A stretch of 32,000 nucleotides of DNA from Ktedonobacterales bacterium. GTDB taxonomy: Bacteria > Chloroflexota > Ktedonobacteria > Ktedonobacterales > JADMIN01. Location of the stretch: assembly GCA_030167145.1 (NCBI GenBank), contig CP126532.1:2160001-2192000 (forward strand), read 5' to 3'. The notes beneath the pieces are model-generated. The model was not told the origin of the DNA, ran no database searches, and saw only the letters and a program-made list of their open reading frames with translations. The translations under genes were made by a program, and so were the position numbers. Numbering within the stretch: the first letter of the stretch is position 1; every line of letters starts with the position of its first letter. This document shows positions 23,829-31,770 of the stretch, piece by piece.

Positions 23829-25334
23829 CTAGACCGCTAGTGGTGGGATGCTTACGAGTGCGCCAAACGGCGGTAGGATCAGCCACTTGCCGTCTGGCGA
23901 CCAGCGCGGGCCAGCGAAGCCACCGCTGTTGAGCAGAGCGGTATTGGTGTTGGGGGCCGTGAGCAGCCTGCGGCCAGTCTGGCAATCATAGAGTATGTAG
24001 CCGTTGTCTTGATTATCGGTGATGGCGAGCACGCGGCCATCAGGCCGCCAGGCGAGTTGGGCGAAGGAGTTTTGCGTATGGACGGGTGAGGTGGTGATGG
24101 GAGCAATGAGATTGGTCAGCGCCTGCTGAAGTCCGGCGTCGCGCAGGGGGAGCAACGGCGTTGTGTCGAGTTGGAGTTTGAGGAGATCGGTATGGCTGGG
24201 CGCGGGCTGGCTGGGGAGTTGGAGGCGCCCGCCAAGGGTGAGGCCGTCAATAAGATAGCGTCCATCGGGTGACCAGGCGCTGAAGAAGGCGTTGAAGGTG
24301 GCGATGGCGGTAGTGAGCGGCTTGCCGTCCGGTGTGGTATCCGCGATTTGCAGCACATCTGGCTGCCAGGGAGTGAAGATGGCGTCGCCAGCGGGGTTGC
24401 CCACAGGGCCAGAAGCGACAGTTGGCGGCGCGGTGGCGGCGCGGGGCAATTGCGGGCCAGGGACGAGCGCGCCGGTGGCATCCCAGGTGTAGGATTGCGC
24501 GAGGGGCAGATTGGAGAATGGGGGCGGAGTGGCGGTGGAGCGCGGGCCGACGGTGACTGTGCCGGTGAGCAGATCCCAGGTGTTGTACGCGCCGGTGAAC
24601 ATGGTGGGGCTGGTCGGGGCCACAAGCACACGCGTTGAGCCGTCGCCCAGGTTGAGGAGCGCGACGCCGGTGGCAGCGGGCGCGGAGTCGCGGTTGAGCG
24701 AGAGGGCGAATGTGACAGCAATCTGCTGGCCGTCGGGCGACCAAAGCAGCGCGTTGTACCAGAGCGCGACGCCTGTGGGGAACGGCGTGCCTGGTTGGGA
24801 TGGCGGGGTGACGGGTGAGGGAACGGGGATGTGCAGGGCAGCGAATATGGCGCTGTCAGGATGGATCTGGCGGATGACGTTGCCAGAACCAGAGCGGTAG
24901 ATGTTGACGAGGTTGGGAGCGTAGTGGTCGAAGGGGCAGCCGCTTTCAGAGGTGCCAGCGAAGGCGAAGAACTGGCTATCGGGCGACCATGCGGCGTCGC
25001 GCAGGCAGGCCATGCCGCCGAGGTTGGGCGTGGCGCCAGTGCCGCCAGCGAGGCTGGGCGAATCGGTGGGTACACGAATCCACCAGGGCGCGCTGACATG
25101 GGTGGAACTGGCGCCCAGGGCCGCGCGGAGGGTCAGGGTGATGACGAGCGCGGCGAGCAGCAGCGTGCATACGATACCGGCGGCGCGGGCCAGCCGCTGG
25201 CGCGGCGAGAGGGCAGAGCCAAGGAAGCCGGAGGGCGACCAACGCGGGGCAGCGACGGGCGTGTCGGGGTGGCGCAGGTCGCTGACCTCGACTTCGACAT
25301 CCTCGGCTGTGTGCTGGTTCTCGTAGTTCTCCAT
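23829..25334 (-). CDS. TM-anchored PD40/WD40-like (TolB-like) beta-propeller repeat protein, paralog 1
   Basis: Short cytoplasmic N-terminus, TM segment 'AAGIVCTLLLAALVITLTL'. Repeated 'WSPDG' blades ('WSPDSQFFAF','WSPDGQQIAVTF','WSPDGRYLIDG','WRPDGRVLAI','WSPDGKWLIL'). Confidence 0.8.
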   Translation of the reverse strand: MENYENQHTAEDVEVEVSDLRHPDTPVAAPRWSPSGFLGSALSPRQRLARAAGIVCTLLLAALVITLTLRAALGASSTHVSAPWWIRVPTDSPSLAGGTGATPNLGGMACLRDAAWSPDSQFFAFAGTSESGCPFDHYAPNLVNIYRSGSGNVIRQIHPDSAIFAALHIPVPSPVTPPSQPGTPFPTGVALWYNALLWSPDGQQIAVTFALSLNRDSAPAATGVALLNLGDGSTRVLVAPTSPTMFTGAYNTWDLLTGTVTVGPRSTATPPPFSNLPLAQSYTWDATGALVPGPQLPRAATAPPTVASGPVGNPAGDAIFTPWQPDVLQIADTTPDGKPLTTAIATFNAFFSAWSPDGRYLIDGLTLGGRLQLPSQPAPSHTDLLKLQLDTTPLLPLRDAGLQQALTNLIAPITTSPVHTQNSFAQLAWRPDGRVLAITDNQDNGYILYDCQTGRRLLTAPNTNTALLNSGGFAGPRWSPDGKWLILPPFGALVSIPPLAV

Positions 25335-25430
25335 GGACGTGCTCTTCCCATACCATAGCCATATCTCACGTCATACCTCACGATGGCGCGTCGTGCCCTG
25401 CTGATGAAGACGCGGCGCGGACGCTGGCGA

Positions 25431-26915
25431 TTACACGGAGATGTGCCCAATGGTGAGAATCGCGCCGTTGGGCAGGAGCAGGCGCGAGCCATCGGGCGAC
25501 CAGCGGGCGGAGGCGACAAAGCCGGACAGCGTGGCGCTGATGCCGGGGGAGCGCAGGATGGTGAGTTGCTTGCCGGTGACGCAGTCGTAGAGCGCAACGC
25601 CCGCGCTATCGGGCAGCGCAAGCACTTTGCCGTCGGCGCGCCAGGAGAGCCAGACGGTGTCGGCGGGGGTGGGTCTGCTGCTATCGAGCAGCCCTTCGAG
25701 GACGTGTTCCAGGGCGGCGTCGCGCACGGGGAGCAGCGGCAGCAGACGCAGCGCGCCGTTGACGAGCGAGGATCCCACATCGGGCAGGAAGCCCAGGGGC
25801 ACGATACGCGCGGCGGTGGTGAGCGCGGTGGCCAGAACAGCGCCATCGGGTGACCAGACGCTAAAGGAAGTGTGCCAGGTGTAGTTGCCGGGAATCTGGA
25901 CACGGGAGTTGCCGGTGAGCCAGTCCAATTCGAGGTAGCCGGGCTGCCAGATGCTGAAGCTGGAGCCGCCATCGGGGGAGCCGATGGGGTCGGGGGTTGT
26001 CTCTACGCGGGGGGTATCGCTGGGGGGTAGGGACGCGCCGGGGGAGAGCGTGCAGCAGCCGCGCCAGGCGTAGGTGAGCGCGGGCGGGGTGTTGATGAGG
26101 TCGGGGCCAGGGATGGCGGTTTGGTTGGCGGTGATGGCAATTTGCGGGTTCAGCGCCCAGACCAGATAGAGCGCGGCGGGATTGCCGGTGGACTCCTGGT
26201 GGAGCATGACGCGGGGGTCTAAGCCGTCGCTGGTGATGAGCAGCACACCATCGAGGAGGTGGATGGCGGGGTTCCAGGAGGGCAGCACAAGGAAGGTGAT
26301 GGCGAGATGCGTACCGTCGGGCGACCAGAGAATTGAATGGTAGGAGATGACGGCGGGGCGGTAGACGCCGTTGGTGGTGGCATCCAGGGCGCCAGGGGCG
26401 TAGGAGCGCACGGCGTTGAAGATGAGGTCGTCGGGATGGATGGTGTTGAGCAGCTTGCCGGTGCGGGCGTCGTTGATAGCGACGAAGGTGGGCACGAAGT
26501 GATCGGGGTCGCATTCCTGTGGATGACCGAGGAAGGCGACACGCAGGCTGTCGGGCGCCCAGGTGGAGTCGCGGAGACAGAGGAAGCCGTCGCGCTGGGC
26601 GAGCGTTTCGGCGGGAGCGGCGGCGAGGGCGTTGTCGGCGTGCGGAAAGGTGGGGAAGAGTGCTGGCAGGCTGAGACCGCCGCTTAGGCTGATATGGATG
26701 GCCAGCAGGGTGAGCAGCACGGCGGCGAGGGCGCTGCTGAGCCGGGCGGCGCGCTGGCGGCGGGTGAGGCGCTTGCCAGTGAGGCTGCTGGCGCTCCAGG
26801 GGAGCCAGCGCGCGGTATGGGAGGGCGGCGCGGGCCGGAGGCTGGTGACTTCGAGGTCCGCGCTGTCTTCGGGTGGGTCGGGCGAAATGGCTGGTGGCGG
26901 GCCAGAGCCGTCCAT
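25431..26915 (-). CDS. TM-anchored PD40/WD40-like (TolB-like) beta-propeller repeat protein, paralog 2
   Basis: AAGGAG lies 5 nt before ATG 26915. TM segment 'LSSALAAVLLTLLAIHISL'. Blades 'WAPDSLRVAF','WSPDGTHLAITF','WSPDGAVLATA','WRADGKVLAL','WSPDGSRLLL'. Collinear with 23829..25334. Confidence 0.8.
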   Translation of the reverse strand: MDGSGPPPAISPDPPEDSADLEVTSLRPAPPSHTARWLPWSASSLTGKRLTRRQRAARLSSALAAVLLTLLAIHISLSGGLSLPALFPTFPHADNALAAAPAETLAQRDGFLCLRDSTWAPDSLRVAFLGHPQECDPDHFVPTFVAINDARTGKLLNTIHPDDLIFNAVRSYAPGALDATTNGVYRPAVISYHSILWSPDGTHLAITFLVLPSWNPAIHLLDGVLLITSDGLDPRVMLHQESTGNPAALYLVWALNPQIAITANQTAIPGPDLINTPPALTYAWRGCCTLSPGASLPPSDTPRVETTPDPIGSPDGGSSFSIWQPGYLELDWLTGNSRVQIPGNYTWHTSFSVWSPDGAVLATALTTAARIVPLGFLPDVGSSLVNGALRLLPLLPVRDAALEHVLEGLLDSSRPTPADTVWLSWRADGKVLALPDSAGVALYDCVTGKQLTILRSPGISATLSGFVASARWSPDGSRLLLPNGAILTIGHISV

Positions 26916-26944
26916 GTGCGCTCCTTATGGATAGACCTAACCCC

Positions 26945-26981
26945 CGGCCCCTTCCCTACGAGGGAAGGGGAGAACGAACGG
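26945..26981 (+). repeat. Intergenic repeat CCTAACCCCCGGCCCCTTCCCTACGAGGGAAGGGGAG
   Basis: Perfect 9-bp hairpin ccccttccc-tacga-gggaagggg. The left arm cctaacccccggccc recurs at 29543. Confidence 0.7.
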
Positions 26982-27004
26982 GCGTCCAAACGAACGGGCG
27001 TCCG

Positions 27005-27027
27005 CCGGACGCCCCTACATTGGCTGC
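27005..27027 (+). repeat. Intergenic hairpin repeat GGGCGTCCGCCGGACGCCCCTAC (preceded by a partial duplicate gaacgggcgtcc at 26984-26995)
   Basis: Exact family consensus. The 12-mer gaacgggcgtcc is present twice, at 26984 and 27001. Confidence 0.75.
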
Positions 27028-27091
27028 GAAACTCGCCGTTGCGGGTTTGCGAGACAGAAGCAAGGCACGATCTGGACTGTCGGGCTGTGAG

Positions 27092-28129
27092 CTATTGTAG
27101 CGCATCTTCCTGCGTGGCGGCATCGGCATCAGGGACGGCTTGCTGAGTAGGGGTTGGCGCGATACTGGTTGATGCGGTAGGCGATTCGGGAGCGGGTTCG
27201 TCGGGGGCGGGTGGGGTGTTGAGGGTGTGGATGGCCTGGGCGAGATCGAGCGCGCCGTCGTAGAGGGCGCGCCCGAGGACGGCGCCATCGAGTCCGGCGT
27301 GGGCAAGGGCGCGGAGGTCGTCGAGCGAGGTGATGGCGCCAGCGGCGATGAGGGTGGCGCTGGGGAGCGCGGCGCGTAGCTCGGCGAAGGTGGCGGGGTC
27401 GGCGCGGATCAGCGTGCCGTTGTGCTGGGCGTGGGTGATGACGAAGGTGCTGACGCCGTGGCCTACCATGCGCCGGGCGAATTCGAGGGCGGTCTCGGAG
27501 GCGATGTCGAGCCAGCCAGCGGCGGTGACTTTGCCGCCACGCGAGTCTATGGAGACGGCGATGCGCTTGCCCCAGCGGTTGAGGCAGGAGGCGAGTAGCT
27601 CAGGATGGCGCAGGGCTGCTGTGCCCAGCAGCACACGCTCGGCCCCGGCGTCGAAGGCGGCGGCGACGTGGTCTTCGGTGCGGAGGCCGCCGCCAAGCTG
27701 GAGCGGCAGGCCAGTGGCTTCGGCGATGGCGCGAACGAGGTCGAGGTGCTTGGGTTCACCGGCGAGCGTGCCATCGAGGTCGGCGATGTGCAGCCATTGC
27801 GCGCCCGCCGCGTGCCAGCGCTGCGCCGCTGCGATGGGGTCGCCATCGAAGACGACATCTTGCGGGACGTCGGCGGGCGTCGTGCTGGCATCGGCTGGGT
27901 TATCGGCTGGGTTATCGGCTGGCACGTCGCTGGGAGCGTCACCGGTGGGGGCATCAGCGATGGGGGTATCAGCGATGGGGGTATCAGCAGCGGCAGTGAG
28001 GTTGGCGCTGGACGTGTTATCGGTGACGGCGCTGGGCAGCGCGCTGGGCGCGGCGATCTGGCCCAGGCGCATGCATTTGCCGCCGAGGATGTCTATGGTG
28101 GGATAGAGGATCATGAGTGATGCTGGCAT
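27092..28129 (-). CDS. hisA: HisA-like (beta/alpha)8 barrel protein (ProFAR isomerase family), divergent, with low-complexity insertion and C-terminal tail
   Basis: 'MILYPTIDILGGKCMRLGQ', 'WLHIADLDG', 'LQLGGGLRT', 'AVSIDSRGGKV' and 'GAVLGRALYDG' follow the HisA block order. GGAGA RBS before ATG 28129. About 60 extra Pro/Ala/Asp-rich residues follow 'RLGQ'. 'THAQHNGTL' occupies the position of 'TDIxRDGTL'. Confidence 0.7.
   Translation of the reverse strand: MPASLMILYPTIDILGGKCMRLGQIAAPSALPSAVTDNTSSANLTAAADTPIADTPIADAPTGDAPSDVPADNPADNPADASTTPADVPQDVVFDGDPIAAAQRWHAAGAQWLHIADLDGTLAGEPKHLDLVRAIAEATGLPLQLGGGLRTEDHVAAAFDAGAERVLLGTAALRHPELLASCLNRWGKRIAVSIDSRGGKVTAAGWLDIASETALEFARRMVGHGVSTFVITHAQHNGTLIRADPATFAELRAALPSATLIAAGAITSLDDLRALAHAGLDGAVLGRALYDGALDLAQAIHTLNTPPAPDEPAPESPTASTSIAPTPTQQAVPDADAATQEDALQ
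27891..27922. repeat. 12-bp tandem repeat (tcggctgggtta x2.7) inside the HisA-like insertion
   Basis: Direct reading: tcggctgggtta tcggctgggtta tcggctgg. It encodes the 'PADNPADNPAD' tract on the minus strand. Confidence 0.8.
27953..27991. repeat. 15-bp tandem repeat (atcagcgatgggggt x2.6) inside the HisA-like insertion
   Basis: Direct reading: atcagcgatgggggt atcagcgatgggggt atcagcagc. It encodes 'ADTPIADTPIAD' on the minus strand. Confidence 0.8.
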
Positions 28130-28152
28130 GGCTGGTCTCCGCGTTGCTGGCC

Positions 28153-29493
28153 TTAGGGCGCGCCGTTGACGGTGGCGATGAGGTCGGGCAGCAGCTTGTC
28201 GGCGATGGGGCTACCCAGGCCGGTGACGGCGTCCCAGCCAGAGGCGGTGGTATAGCCCGTGACCTGGACCGGCTGATTGACGCACTGGCTATCGCCAAGG
28301 GTGCAGGTGACGCCGTTATCGCCGGAGGTGACGTCGCGGAAGTCCTGGCCAGCGGCGCTGGAATGGGCGATGGTGTAGAGGGCGGGGTTGATGAAGCCGA
28401 GGGGCTGCCCGGCCATCTGGTCGCCGATGGCGATCAGCCCGGCCCAGAGGGGCGCGCCCGCGCTGGTGCCGCCGATGGTGGTCCAGTGGTGAAGGAAGAT
28501 GACGGGCCAGCCACTGCACGGGGCGGCCACTGCGGAGACATCGGGCACGCCGCGCCGGTTGTCGAACTGGCTGAGGGTGGCGGGCGGGAGGGTCTGCTGG
28601 AAGGTGGGGGTGGGGTAGAACTGGCTGAAGCCGCCGCCGCTGGCGCCGCCGGGGCAGCCGTTCCAGGCGGTTTCGCGATAGGCGGAGCCATTGGTGAGCA
28701 GGGTGGTGCCGCCGACGCTGGTGACCCAAGGTTCGTCGGAGGGGAAGCCGGTGGTGGCGGTGGTGGAGAGCTGATTGAGCGAGGCGTCGGTATAATCGGT
28801 CGCGCCGCTGTCGCCGGAGCCGGTGGTGAAGGTGATGCCCTGGGTTGTCGTCGCCTGCTGATAGAAGGCGTCCCAGAGCTTGAGTTCTTGCTGTCCGGCG
28901 GTGTTGTTGAGGGAGACTTCGGAGGCGCCCCAGCTCTGGCTGATGATATTGCCGAGGTGATGCTGGACGGCGTATTCCTCGAGCTGGCGGAATTCGGGCA
29001 GGCCGGCGGTGCCTTCGGTTTCGTCCACGGGGCTGGTGAGGATGACGATGTTGGCGTCGGGGGCGATGGAGTGGACGACTTCGGCGTCGAGGGCGGTCTC
29101 GGCGGCCCAGGAGGTCATGTCGTTATTGGAGGAGTCGAAGGGGACGGTGCCCAGCGGGGTAAGCACCTGAATGGTGATGGACGGGAGGTTGTAGCGCGCG
29201 GAGAAGTCGTTGATGTCGGATTGGATAGTGGGGTCGCCGTAGGATTCGATGAGGACGACGGTCTGGCCTTTGCCGGTGTTGCCCGCCTGGATCAGCGAGG
29301 TGACACCGTAGGCGTCGCGGAACTGCTGCGGGGTGTACTCGCGTGGCGCGAACGTGCCCGATGGAGTGGAGGTGGGCTGGGCGCGCGTGGCAGTGGGTTT
29401 GGTGGCGACGGTGACGGATGGGGCGCAGGCGGCAAGGGCGCAGGCCAGCAGCATTGCGGCCAGCGCGAGGCGGCGCCGTGGGCGGAAAGACAT
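28153..29493 (-). CDS. S53 family serine peptidase (sedolisin/kumamolisin-like), probable lipoprotein, no recognisable prodomain
   Basis: ATG 29493 follows GGAG; the ORF extends to 29523. Signal/lipobox 'RRRLALAAMLLACALAACAPS'. 'AAETALDAEVVHSIAP' (Glu/Asp), 'GSGDSGATD' and 'TIGGTSAGAPLWAGLIA' (Ser) are collinear with the mature kumamolisin domain, which starts at about residue 55 ('YTPQQFRDAYGV'). Confidence 0.85.
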   Translation of the reverse strand: MSFRPRRRLALAAMLLACALAACAPSVTVATKPTATRAQPTSTPSGTFAPREYTPQQFRDAYGVTSLIQAGNTGKGQTVVLIESYGDPTIQSDINDFSARYNLPSITIQVLTPLGTVPFDSSNNDMTSWAAETALDAEVVHSIAPDANIVILTSPVDETEGTAGLPEFRQLEEYAVQHHLGNIISQSWGASEVSLNNTAGQQELKLWDAFYQQATTTQGITFTTGSGDSGATDYTDASLNQLSTTATTGFPSDEPWVTSVGGTTLLTNGSAYRETAWNGCPGGASGGGFSQFYPTPTFQQTLPPATLSQFDNRRGVPDVSAVAAPCSGWPVIFLHHWTTIGGTSAGAPLWAGLIAIGDQMAGQPLGFINPALYTIAHSSAAGQDFRDVTSGDNGVTCTLGDSQCVNQPVQVTGYTTASGWDAVTGLGSPIADKLLPDLIATVNGAP

Positions 29494-29542
29494 CAGCGAA
29501 CTCCATGCTACAGACGATGACATATGGCGACGGGCGACAGAA

Positions 29543-29596
29543 CCTAACCCCCGGCCCGGCGGGCGTCCACCGGACGCCCCTACGAGGGCAGGGGAG
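29543..29596 (+). repeat. Composite intergenic repeat: CCTAACCCCCGGCCC arm + GGGCGTCCACCGGACGCCCCTAC hairpin + GAGGGCAGGGGAG arm
   Basis: The flanks match the 26945 element and the centre matches the GGGCGTCC..CCCTAC family (one G-to-A change in the loop). Confidence 0.7.
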
Positions 29597-29808
29597 TGCG
29601 GACACCCCGACGGATGGCGTTGGTATCATATCAGATTTTGAGGCAGCGGGCAGTTGAAACCACATGACGGGCGAGGCCCGCCTCGCCCGTCTTCGGAACC
29701 CCTCTTCGGAACGGCTCAGAGGGGCTGCGCTCCCCTTGCCCTACGATGACCTGTAGCCACGAGAGCTAGGCTTGCGCGGGCTGGAGAGTGGGGGCTGCCC
29801 CGCAAAAG

Positions 29809-29829
29809 CCAGCGGGACGCTGGCGCTAC
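29809..29829 (+). repeat. Hairpin + CGCTAC element overlapping the AI-2E gene stop
   Basis: ccagcg-gga-cgctgg forms a 6-bp stem followed by cgctac. CTA at 29826-29828 is the TAG stop of the minus-strand gene. Confidence 0.5.
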
Positions 29830-30974
29830 AAGGGATCAGCGGCATTGACGGGTTTGGTGGCGCGGGTGGCGCGGGCCTCGTCGAGTAGGACGGAGACAGC
29901 GGCGGCGACGGGGACGGCTATTAATGCGCCGATGACGCCGAAGAGGCTGGCTCCGGCGAGCAGGGCGAGAATGACGCCGAGGGGATGCAGCCGGACGGCG
30001 CGACTCATGATGCGTGGCGCGAGGAGGTTGCTCTCAAGCTGCTGGATGATGACGTAGGCGATGATGGTGAGCAGGGCGGTGAGCGGCGATTGGGTGAAGG
30101 CGACGGCGACGGCAGGTACGGCGGCGATCCAGGGGCCAAGGAGGGGGATGAGTTCGGCGACACCGGCGACGACGGAGAGCAGCAGGGCGTTGTGGACGCC
30201 GATGAGGGTGAGGGCGATGAAGCTGGCGATGCCGATGGAGGCGCTGAGGACGATCTGGCCGATGAGCCAGCCGCCCATGCGCGTGCCGATGGTGTCGGTG
30301 ACGCGGCGGGCGCGCTCAATCTGGCTGGCGGGGAGGAAGGAGAGGAGGTAGTCGCGGATGCGGTTGCCGTCTACGACAAGGTAGAAGGTGATGAGGAGGG
30401 TGAGGATGGTGGTGAGCAGGCCGCCGAAGACGCCGAGGGCGATGCCAATGAGGTTGAGGGCCTGTGCGAGGATGGCGCCAGCCTGGTTGCCGAGGTTCTT
30501 GACCTGATCTTGCAAGGCGGGGCCAAGCGGCGGTAGGAAGGTGAACTGCTTTTGCAGGCTGTCGAGGCTGGCGACGAAGTGCGCGCCGAATTCGGGGGCC
30601 TGGGTGATGAGGGATTGGACTTCGGTGATGACGGGTGGCACGAGGAGGAAGCCAAGGCCGACGAGGGCGAGGATAAGCAGGAGGTAGATGAGGATGACGG
30701 AGACGCCGCGCGGCAGGCCGATGCGGGTGAGGCGGACGGTGAGCGGGGTGATGCCGGCGGCGAGGATGGTGGCGATGAGAACCTGGATGAGGAGGTCGCG
30801 CAGGGCGATGACGAGCCAGATGCCAATGAGGGCGGCGAGCGCGAGGATGACGAGGCGCGCGGGGGTGGTCCAGGTGGACCAGGGGATGGAGGATGGACGC
30901 GCGGGGGCGGTAGCACTGCCAGGCTCAGCCTGAACGGCTACGGCTGTGTCAGTGGTGGTTTCGGTTGGTTCCAT
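29826..30974 (-). CDS. AI-2E family transporter (PerM/YhhT-like, UPF0118)
   Basis: 382 aa and polytopic. Signature region 'LLLSVVAGVAELIPLLGPWIAAVPAVAVAF'. The N-terminal tail is Thr/Ala-rich. Confidence 0.85.
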   Translation of the reverse strand: MEPTETTTDTAVAVQAEPGSATAPARPSSIPWSTWTTPARLVILALAALIGIWLVIALRDLLIQVLIATILAAGITPLTVRLTRIGLPRGVSVILIYLLLILALVGLGFLLVPPVITEVQSLITQAPEFGAHFVASLDSLQKQFTFLPPLGPALQDQVKNLGNQAGAILAQALNLIGIALGVFGGLLTTILTLLITFYLVVDGNRIRDYLLSFLPASQIERARRVTDTIGTRMGGWLIGQIVLSASIGIASFIALTLIGVHNALLLSVVAGVAELIPLLGPWIAAVPAVAVAFTQSPLTALLTIIAYVIIQQLESNLLAPRIMSRAVRLHPLGVILALLAGASLFGVIGALIAVPVAAAVSVLLDEARATRATKPVNAADPL

Positions 30975-31303
30975 CGCGTGGGTCCTCTCTTGCCGTGGAA
31001 GGCTATGAAACGTGACAGGGCGATTATATCAAGATAACGAACGAGTGGGCGTTTTTGGGTATCCACCCTCGGCGCAGCCTCGGCCATGAATTGCAGGAGC
31101 ACGGACGCGGGCTGGGGTCGCCTCGGCCATGAATGGCCGGAGCACAGCATATGGGCATGAATGCCTGGGTAGGCGCGGGGGGCGAGCGAGGTGGTAAGGA
31201 AGCTTCTGGCTCTTTGAGATTGGGAGCGCGGGGCGGGATGGGAGATAAAGGAAGCTCCCGGTCTGAAGGCCGCGGGTAATCTCGATGGCAGGGTTGTGGT
31301 GGA

Positions 31304-31330
31304 AATGGCCGATATGGCCGATATGGCCGA
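31304..31330. repeat. 9-bp tandem repeat (ATGGCCGAT)x3
   Basis: Direct reading gives three perfect copies. The homologous position in unit 2 has (GTGGCCGAT)x2 at 31629-31646. Confidence 0.9.
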
Positions 31331-31735
31331 TATATGCGGGTGGGCAGTTGCCGATTCTGCCGATTTTCGCGGTGGTATGGGAGATGTGACCGGAAGTGGC
31401 GTAAATTGTCCGGGGAATTTTCGCCGTTTTCGCCGCAATTTCGCGCAGGTGCAGGCGCCAGAGTTGCCGATTTGGCCGATTTTGGCGATTGGCGAATCGA
31501 GGGAGTTGCTGATTTGGCGATTGGGTACTTGCCGATTTGGCCGAAATGCGCGGTTGGACGCTCGGAGCGAGATCGGTAGTAAAGGAAACTTTCGGCCTGA
31601 AGGCCGCGGGTAATCCTGGTTGGTGAGCAGTGGCCGATGTGGCCGATTTTGGCGATTGGGTGGGGGCGAATGATGGGATGTGAGGGGATGTGACGGGAGA
31701 TGGGGGAGCATTTTCGCCGTTTTCGCCGCAAATCT

Positions 31736-31770
31736 GAGTTGCCAGAGTTGCCAGAGTTGCCAGAGTTGCC
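31736..31770. repeat. 9-bp tandem repeat (AGTTGCCAG)x3 plus a variant copy
   Basis: Direct reading. The homologous position in unit 1 (about 31459-31467) has a single copy. Confidence 0.9.

Noticed and set aside
28117-29520. 467-codon plus-strand ORF opposite the S53 peptidase gene
   Set aside because: It gives a Gly/Ala/Asp-rich shadow translation. The minus frame aligns block by block with kumamolisin catalytic motifs.
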